Of a stretch of DNA of 64,000 bases, positions 58,956 through 64,000 are shown piece after piece (position 1 is the first letter of the stretch; each line of letters opens with the position of its first letter). The notes under the pieces were generated by a model, which saw only the letters and a list, made by a program, of their open reading frames with translations, ran no database searches and had not been told where the DNA came from. Origin of the DNA: Candidatus Latescibacterota bacterium (lineage in GTDB: Bacteria > Latescibacterota > UBA2968 > UBA8231); assembly GCA_965204725.1 (NCBI GenBank), contig OZ242005.1, positions 1,696,001 through 1,760,000 of the forward strand, written 5' to 3'. Both the position numbers and the translations under genes were made by a program.

Positions 58956-59540
58956 ATGACCATCGCCAGCCGACGGCCCGCGGCCCTGTTGGCAGCGGCG
59001 CTGTTGCTGATTGGCACCGCCGGTTGCGAGCTGCGGCAGGCCATGTACAATCAAGAAAAATACGAGCCGCTAGAGGCCTCGGCGTTCTTTGCCGACGGCA
59101 TGTCCTTTCGCCCGCAGGTAGAAGGCACTGTGGCGCGCGGCCAACTGATGCTCGACGAACACTTCTACCAAGGCACCATACAAGGCCAACTCGCGGAGAC
59201 CTTGCCGGTGCCGGTTGACCGCCCGCTCCTAGCGCGCGGCCGCGAGCGCTACAACATTTTCTGCGCCCCCTGCCACGACCGGACCGGCGCGGGCAACGGC
59301 CTGATCGTCCAGCGGGGGCTCAAACAACCGGAGAGTTTTCACCAAGAGCGGCTGCGCGAGGCCCCGGTCGGCCACTTTTACGATGTCATTACCAATGGCT
59401 TTGGCGTCATGTATAGCTACTCCTCCCGCATTCCCGTGGCCGACCGCTGGGCCATCGTCGCCTATCTCAAGGTGTTACAGCTAAGCCAGAACCTCGAACT
59501 GGACCAACTGCCGGTCGAGGACCAAAGGCAACTTCAATGA
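58956..59540 (+). CDS. actE: Alternative complex III monoheme cytochrome c lipoprotein
   Basis: Lipobox TAGC, FF.DG...R..V.GTVARG, RG.ERY.IFCAPCH, DRWAIVAY...LQ. Confidence 0.92.
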   Translation: MTIASRRPAALLAAALLLIGTAGCELRQAMYNQEKYEPLEASAFFADGMSFRPQVEGTVARGQLMLDEHFYQGTIQGQLAETLPVPVDRPLLARGRERYNIFCAPCHDRTGAGNGLIVQRGLKQPESFHQERLREAPVGHFYDVITNGFGVMYSYSSRIPVADRWAIVAYLKVLQLSQNLELDQLPVEDQRQLQ

Positions 59541-60772
59541 ACGAGTCGATTACCCAACAGTCCGCTGCCCTCCATCCCTATTTGGACACCCTCCAGCGCC
59601 GCGCACTGGCCGTGGGCTTGGCCGGTTTGGCCGCCGCTGCGGTCGGCTACTTCACCGCCGAGGAGCAGTTCTTCCGCTCTTATTTGCTGGCCTTTACCTT
59701 CTGGATCGGCCTGCCCTTGGGCAGCATGGGCATCCTCATGATCCACCACGTCGGCGGCGGCACTTGGGGATTTTCGATCCGGCGGCTGCTCGAAGCGGGG
59801 ACCCGCACCTTGCCGCTGATGTTTCTGCTCGCGCTGCCCATTCTCTTCTTCGGCCTGCACGACCTCTACGAGTGGACTCATCAGAGCGTAGTGCAAAAAG
59901 ACGCCATCCTCCAGAAGAAGGCCCCTTATCTCGACGAGCCTTTCTTTATCGCCCGCACCGTGCTCTACTTTATTATATGGGGGCTGTTCGCCTTTCTGCT
60001 CAACCGCTGGTCGCAGCAGCAAGATCAGACGACGGCCACGCATCCAACCCACCGCTTGCAGCTCTTGAGCGGCCCGGGGATCGTCGTTTTCTTTGTGACC
60101 GCAACGCTGGCCTCTATGGATTGGCTCATGTCGCTCGAGCCGCATTGGTTCTCGACTATTTTTGGCATCATCTACATCGTGGGCATGGGGCTGATGGCCT
60201 GGGGCTTCGCGTTCCTCGTAGCGGTTCCCCTCGCGCGCCGCAAACCGCTACAGGGCGTAATTACCGAGCAGCACCTGCGCGACTTGGGCACTTTTATGCT
60301 CGCCTGCGTCATGCTCTGGGCATACACCTCGTTTTCCCAGTTGCTCATTATCTGGTCGGCCAATCTGCCCGAGGAAATCACTTGGTACATGACCCGCTTG
60401 GAGGGCGGCTGGCAATACATTGGCTACGGGCTGCTGGTGTTTCACTTTGCCGTTCCCTTTCTGTTTCTCATATCCAGCACGATGAAGTCCAAAACCAAGC
60501 TGCTCGGCGCCATTGCCGCGGGCTTGGTTTTCATGCGCTTGGTCGATTTGTACTGGATCACGGCCCCGACCTTCACCAAGGTCCACGCCGAGCACGGGCC
60601 GAGTTTCCACAGCACCGGGATTACCCTACACTGGCTCGACCTAGTCATTCCAATAGGCATCGGCGGCATCGTCATTGCGCTCTTCTTCTCTCAGCTAAAA
60701 AAACGCGCCCTGATCGCGCAAAACGACCCCCGCTTTGCAGACCTCTACCGCGGCGAGAGCAATCATGGCTGA
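59537..60772 (+). CDS. actF: Alternative complex III subunit F
   Basis: LYEWTH, K..YL..PFF..R, MDW.MSL.PHWFSTIFG, HLRDLG, LWAY..FSQ.LIIW.ANLPEE..WY..R. Confidence 0.93.
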   Translation: MNESITQQSAALHPYLDTLQRRALAVGLAGLAAAAVGYFTAEEQFFRSYLLAFTFWIGLPLGSMGILMIHHVGGGTWGFSIRRLLEAGTRTLPLMFLLALPILFFGLHDLYEWTHQSVVQKDAILQKKAPYLDEPFFIARTVLYFIIWGLFAFLLNRWSQQQDQTTATHPTHRLQLLSGPGIVVFFVTATLASMDWLMSLEPHWFSTIFGIIYIVGMGLMAWGFAFLVAVPLARRKPLQGVITEQHLRDLGTFMLACVMLWAYTSFSQLLIIWSANLPEEITWYMTRLEGGWQYIGYGLLVFHFAVPFLFLISSTMKSKTKLLGAIAAGLVFMRLVDLYWITAPTFTKVHAEHGPSFHSTGITLHWLDLVIPIGIGGIVIALFFSQLKKRALIAQNDPRFADLYRGESNHG

Positions 60773-61157
60773 ACAAGCACCCCAATCCACCCACTCCGGC
60801 TACGAGACGACCGATGCGCGGATAACGCCCTTGGCCCAGACCGGCCTTTTTATTACCGCGCTAGTCATCGCTTCCTTTGTCGGCATGCTCGTCTTATTCC
60901 GGGTTTTCGCCTATTACCAGCCGCTCTTCGACGATCCGGTGCCGCCGCTCGTCGCCAACCGCATCGCCACCATTGCGCCGCGGCTGCAGGTGGACCCGCC
61001 CAAGCAAAAGGTCGAGCTGGCCCAAAGCGAAGCCGCGCTGCTCAACTCCTATGGCTGGATCGACCAACAAGTGAAGGTGGTCCACATTCCCATCGAGCGC
61101 GCAATGGATCTGGTGAGCGCCGGCAAAATGCCGCTCATCGCGCCCGCGGCCCCATGA
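60765..61157 (+). CDS. ActG-like single-TM accessory subunit
   Basis: GYE..D, TM helix, PRLQ.DP, LNSYGWID, HIPIERAM; positioned after actF. Confidence 0.75.
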   Translation: MAEQAPQSTHSGYETTDARITPLAQTGLFITALVIASFVGMLVLFRVFAYYQPLFDDPVPPLVANRIATIAPRLQVDPPKQKVELAQSEAALLNSYGWIDQQVKVVHIPIERAMDLVSAGKMPLIAPAAP

Positions 61158-61993
61158 GCAGAGCCACGACGACATTCTTTCGCAGTGCGATCTTCGCATC
61201 GGCCCTGCTGCTAGCCGGCCAAGCCGGAGCGCAAAGCTATACCCAGCAGCTACAAGAACGCATTGGCATCGACCAGAAATTGGGCGATTCGATCCCCTTG
61301 GATCTCGAATTCACCGACTCCAGCGGCGAGCGCGTCTCGCTGCGCCAATACTTCGGCCAAAAGCCCATCGTACTCACCTTAGTGTACTACGAATGCCCCA
61401 TGCTCTGCACCCAAGTGCTCAATAGCCTCTTGCGGGCCATGAACGTGCTGAGTTTTGGCATTGGCACGGATTTCGACGTGTTGACCATCAGCGTCGATCC
61501 GGGCGAAACTCCAGAGTTGGCCGCGGCCAAAAAGGCCGAATACAACAAAAACTACCGCGGCCGCGATGGCTCTACGGGCTGGCACTTCCTCACCGGCGAG
61601 GCACACTCCATCAACCAGCTAGCCGAAGCCGTCGGCTTTCGCTACCTATACGACGAAGACACCGATCAGTACATTCACGCCAGCGGCCTGATGGTGCTGA
61701 CGCCGGCAGGCAAACTAGCGCGTTACTTCTACGGCATCGACTACCCCCCGCGCGACTTGCGCTGGGGCCTCGTCGAAGCAGCCGACGGCGCCATCGGCAA
61801 TCCGGTCGATCAGCTGCTCCTGCTCTGCTACAGCTACGACCCAATGACCGGCAAATACGGTCTCTACATCCGCAATTCCCTGCGCATCGGTGGGCTGATT
61901 ACCGTGCTGGCTCTCGCGGCCTTTATCATCGCTATGCTCAAGCGGGAGCGCCGCAACAGCCGCAACAACCTGCACCAGCCTCAGCTCAACTAG
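61154..61993 (+). CDS. SCO family copper chaperone
   Basis: GIDQKLG..IPLD..F.D..G, YYECPMLC (CxxxC), SVDP.ET, WHFLTG, HASG. Confidence 0.93.
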   Translation: MSRATTTFFRSAIFASALLLAGQAGAQSYTQQLQERIGIDQKLGDSIPLDLEFTDSSGERVSLRQYFGQKPIVLTLVYYECPMLCTQVLNSLLRAMNVLSFGIGTDFDVLTISVDPGETPELAAAKKAEYNKNYRGRDGSTGWHFLTGEAHSINQLAEAVGFRYLYDEDTDQYIHASGLMVLTPAGKLARYFYGIDYPPRDLRWGLVEAADGAIGNPVDQLLLLCYSYDPMTGKYGLYIRNSLRIGGLITVLALAAFIIAMLKRERRNSRNNLHQPQLN

Positions 61994-62011
61994 TTCGGAG
62001 CCCTGAACCGC

Positions 62012-62947
62012 ATGTCCGACTTTCCACTTTTTCCCGCCCAAGCCTCCACCGTCGCCTGGCAGGTAGATGCCCTGTACGCATTCTTGCTCGCCCTGACTGT
62101 GCTCTTCTGCCTGCTCGTGTTCGGCATGGTAATCGTCTTTGCCATCAAGTACCGCCGCCGCTCGGACGACGAACAGCCCGAGCAAAACCACGGCAACCTC
62201 GCCCTCGAATTGTCTTGGACCATCATTCCGCTCTTTCTCGCCCTTTTCGTCTTTTTGCTCGGGGCCGACGTGTTCTTCCGGCTCCAGCGGCCGCCGGCCG
62301 ACCCCTTGGAGATCTATGTGGTTGGCAAGCAGTGGATGTGGAAAATCCAGCACGAATCGGGCAAGCGAGAAATCAACACCCTGCACGTACCCAAGGGACA
62401 GCCCGTCCGCTTGACCATGACTTCGGAGGACGCAATCCACGACTTTTTCATCCCCGCCTTTCGGGTCAAAAACGACGTGTTGCCCGGGCGCTACACCACC
62501 TTGTGGTTCGAGGCCACGCAGACGGGCGAATTCCACTTGTTTTGCGCCGAGTATTGCGGCACCCAGCACTCGGGTATGATCGGCAAGGTAATCGTCTTAG
62601 AGCCCGCCGATTACCACGACTGGCTGACGGGCGCGTCCAGCGGCGAGTCCATGGTCGAGGCGGGCCAGCGCCAGTTTCAGCAACTCGGCTGCGAGACCTG
62701 CCACAAATCCACGGCCACGGGTCGCGGCCCGTCGCTGATCGGGATTTACGACAAGCCGGTAACGCTCAGCAACGGGCAGGAGATCGTCGTCGATAGCGAC
62801 TATATCCGCGAGTCCATCCTCCAGCCCACGGCCAAAATAGTCGCCGGGTACGAGCCGATTATGCCCGTCTTTGAGGGGCAGATCAGCGAGCAATCGCTCC
62901 TGCAAATCGCGTCTTATATCAAATCCCTGAGTGAGTCCGCAGAGTGA
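62012..62947 (+). CDS. coxB: Cytochrome c oxidase subunit II with fused cytochrome c (caa3 type)
   Basis: [38 protein letters not shown] (CuA), C-terminal CETCH. Confidence 0.96.
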   Translation: MSDFPLFPAQASTVAWQVDALYAFLLALTVLFCLLVFGMVIVFAIKYRRRSDDEQPEQNHGNLALELSWTIIPLFLALFVFLLGADVFFRLQRPPADPLEIYVVGKQWMWKIQHESGKREINTLHVPKGQPVRLTMTSEDAIHDFFIPAFRVKNDVLPGRYTTLWFEATQTGEFHLFCAEYCGTQHSGMIGKVIVLEPADYHDWLTGASSGESMVEAGQRQFQQLGCETCHKSTATGRGPSLIGIYDKPVTLSNGQEIVVDSDYIRESILQPTAKIVAGYEPIMPVFEGQISEQSLLQIASYIKSLSESAE

Positions 62948-62972
62948 ATATCTCAACGAGGTCATTCAAGCC

Positions 62973-64000
62973 ATGAGCCACGCAGTTAGCGCCAACGGCG
63001 AGCCGAGGAACTATCTCAACGAAACCTATGGGATCAAATCTTGGCTCCTGACCCTAGATCACAAGCGCATCGGTATCCTCTACTTGATAACGATGGCGAT
63101 CTTCTTCTTGGCCGGCAGCCTTTTCGCCAGTGTAATTCGCTTTGAGCTGATGACGCCCCAAGGCGATTTGGTCGAGGCCGAGACCTACAACAAGCTCTTC
63201 ACCATGCACGGCGTGGTGATGATCTTCTTCTTTCTCATCCCCTCCATCCCAGCGGCCCTCGGCAACTTTCTCATCCCCCTGCAAATCGGCGCTCGGGACG
63301 TGGCCTTCCCCCGCCTCAATCTCCTCAGTTACTATCTCTACACCGCCGGGGGGCTGTTCGCCGTGTTGGCCATCATCATGGGGGGCATTGACACGGGTTG
63401 GACCTTTTACACGCCTTATAGCAGCACGTATGCCACTTCGTTTGTCTCTTTGGCCCTAGTCGGCGTTTTCGTCAACGGCTTCTCTTCGATTCTCACTGGG
63501 GTCAACTTCATGGTCACCATCCACAAGATGCGGGCCCCGGGCATGACGTGGTTCCGCTTGCCGCTCTTTATTTGGGGGCACTACGCGACCAGCCTAATTC
63601 AGGTCTTGGGCACCCCGGTCGTGGCCATCACCTTGTTGCTGGTCTGCTTCGAGCGCATCTTCAAAATCGGCATTTTCGATCCCAATTACGGCGGCGACCC
63701 CGTACTCTTCCAGCACATGTTCTGGTTTTACTCGCATCCGGCCGTATATATCATGATCCTGCCGGGCTTTGCCGTCATCAGCGAAGTCGTAGCCTGCTTC
63801 TCGCGCAAGCGGGTCTTCGGCTATTCGTTTGTCGCCTTTTCTTCGTTGGCCATCGCCATCCTCGGCTTTCTCGTCTGGGGCCACCACATGTTCGTATCGG
63901 GCCAATCCACCTACGCCAGCATGGTCTTTTCCTTCATTACCTTCTTCGTGGCCGTGCCCTCGGCGATCAAAATTTTCAACTGGTCTTTCACCCTCCACAA
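62973..64000 (+). CDS. coxA: Cytochrome c oxidase subunit I (type A2); runs off the window edge
   Basis: Manual translation: [67 protein letters not shown]. Confidence 0.96.
   Translation, partial: MSHAVSANGEPRNYLNETYGIKSWLLTLDHKRIGILYLITMAIFFLAGSLFASVIRFELMTPQGDLVEAETYNKLFTMHGVVMIFFFLIPSIPAALGNFLIPLQIGARDVAFPRLNLLSYYLYTAGGLFAVLAIIMGGIDTGWTFYTPYSSTYATSFVSLALVGVFVNGFSSILTGVNFMVTIHKMRAPGMTWFRLPLFIWGHYATSLIQVLGTPVVAITLLLVCFERIFKIGIFDPNYGGDPVLFQHMFWFYSHPAVYIMILPGFAVISEVVACFSRKRVFGYSFVAFSSLAIAILGFLVWGHHMFVSGQSTYASMVFSFITFFVAVPSAIKIFNWSFTLH

Noticed and set aside
3008-62965. Long antisense or alternate-frame ORFs (e.g. 3008-3967, 14133-15338, 59764-60825, 61715-62569)
   Set aside because: They overlap well-supported genes, have no recognisable motifs, and are expected shadow ORFs in GC-rich coding DNA.

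Overview
A GC-rich bacterial chromosomal segment made mostly of housekeeping genes. The FCB/Latescibacterota/Gemmatimonadota-like gene content is an inference, not a classification. Left arm (minus strand): valS-rqcH-miaA-tRNA-Gly, DUF512-der-merR, and rimP-nusA-infB-DUF503-rbfA-truB-RFK-rpsO-pnp. Centre: murQ, a PLP aldolase, HU, a sulfatase-like gene, a tandem triplication of AAA-ATPase/PD-(D/E)xK nuclease genes, then GNAT, an archaeal-type FAD synthase, SPOR, hemL, a THUMP-like gene, an M16 peptidase pair, trmJ, gmd, gcvP/T, coaE, clpP, epmA, clpX, a cold-shock fusion, an AI-2E transporter, a cNMP protein, trxA, holA, hisN, a sigma-70, rph, a DnaC-like ATPase, smpB and two tRNAs. Right arm (plus strand): alternative complex III actABCDEF(G), SCO and a caa3-type oxidase. 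Main observations: (1) a mosaic three-copy AAA-nuclease array; (2) an apparently split flavin pathway, with a kinase-only ribF and a distant RibL-like gene; (3) rimP needs a non-canonical start (ATT or CTG) behind its leader terminator; (4) EpmA retains an OB-fold; (5) the AI-2E transporter carries a possibly circularly permuted Ig/ASH-like insert; (6) a two-copy ~134-nt structured REPIN/MITE-like element; (7) an unannotated 51-aa ORF after the sigma factor. No CRISPR, integrase, transposase, RT or rRNA was seen. All calls are from visual motif recognition; no searches were run.
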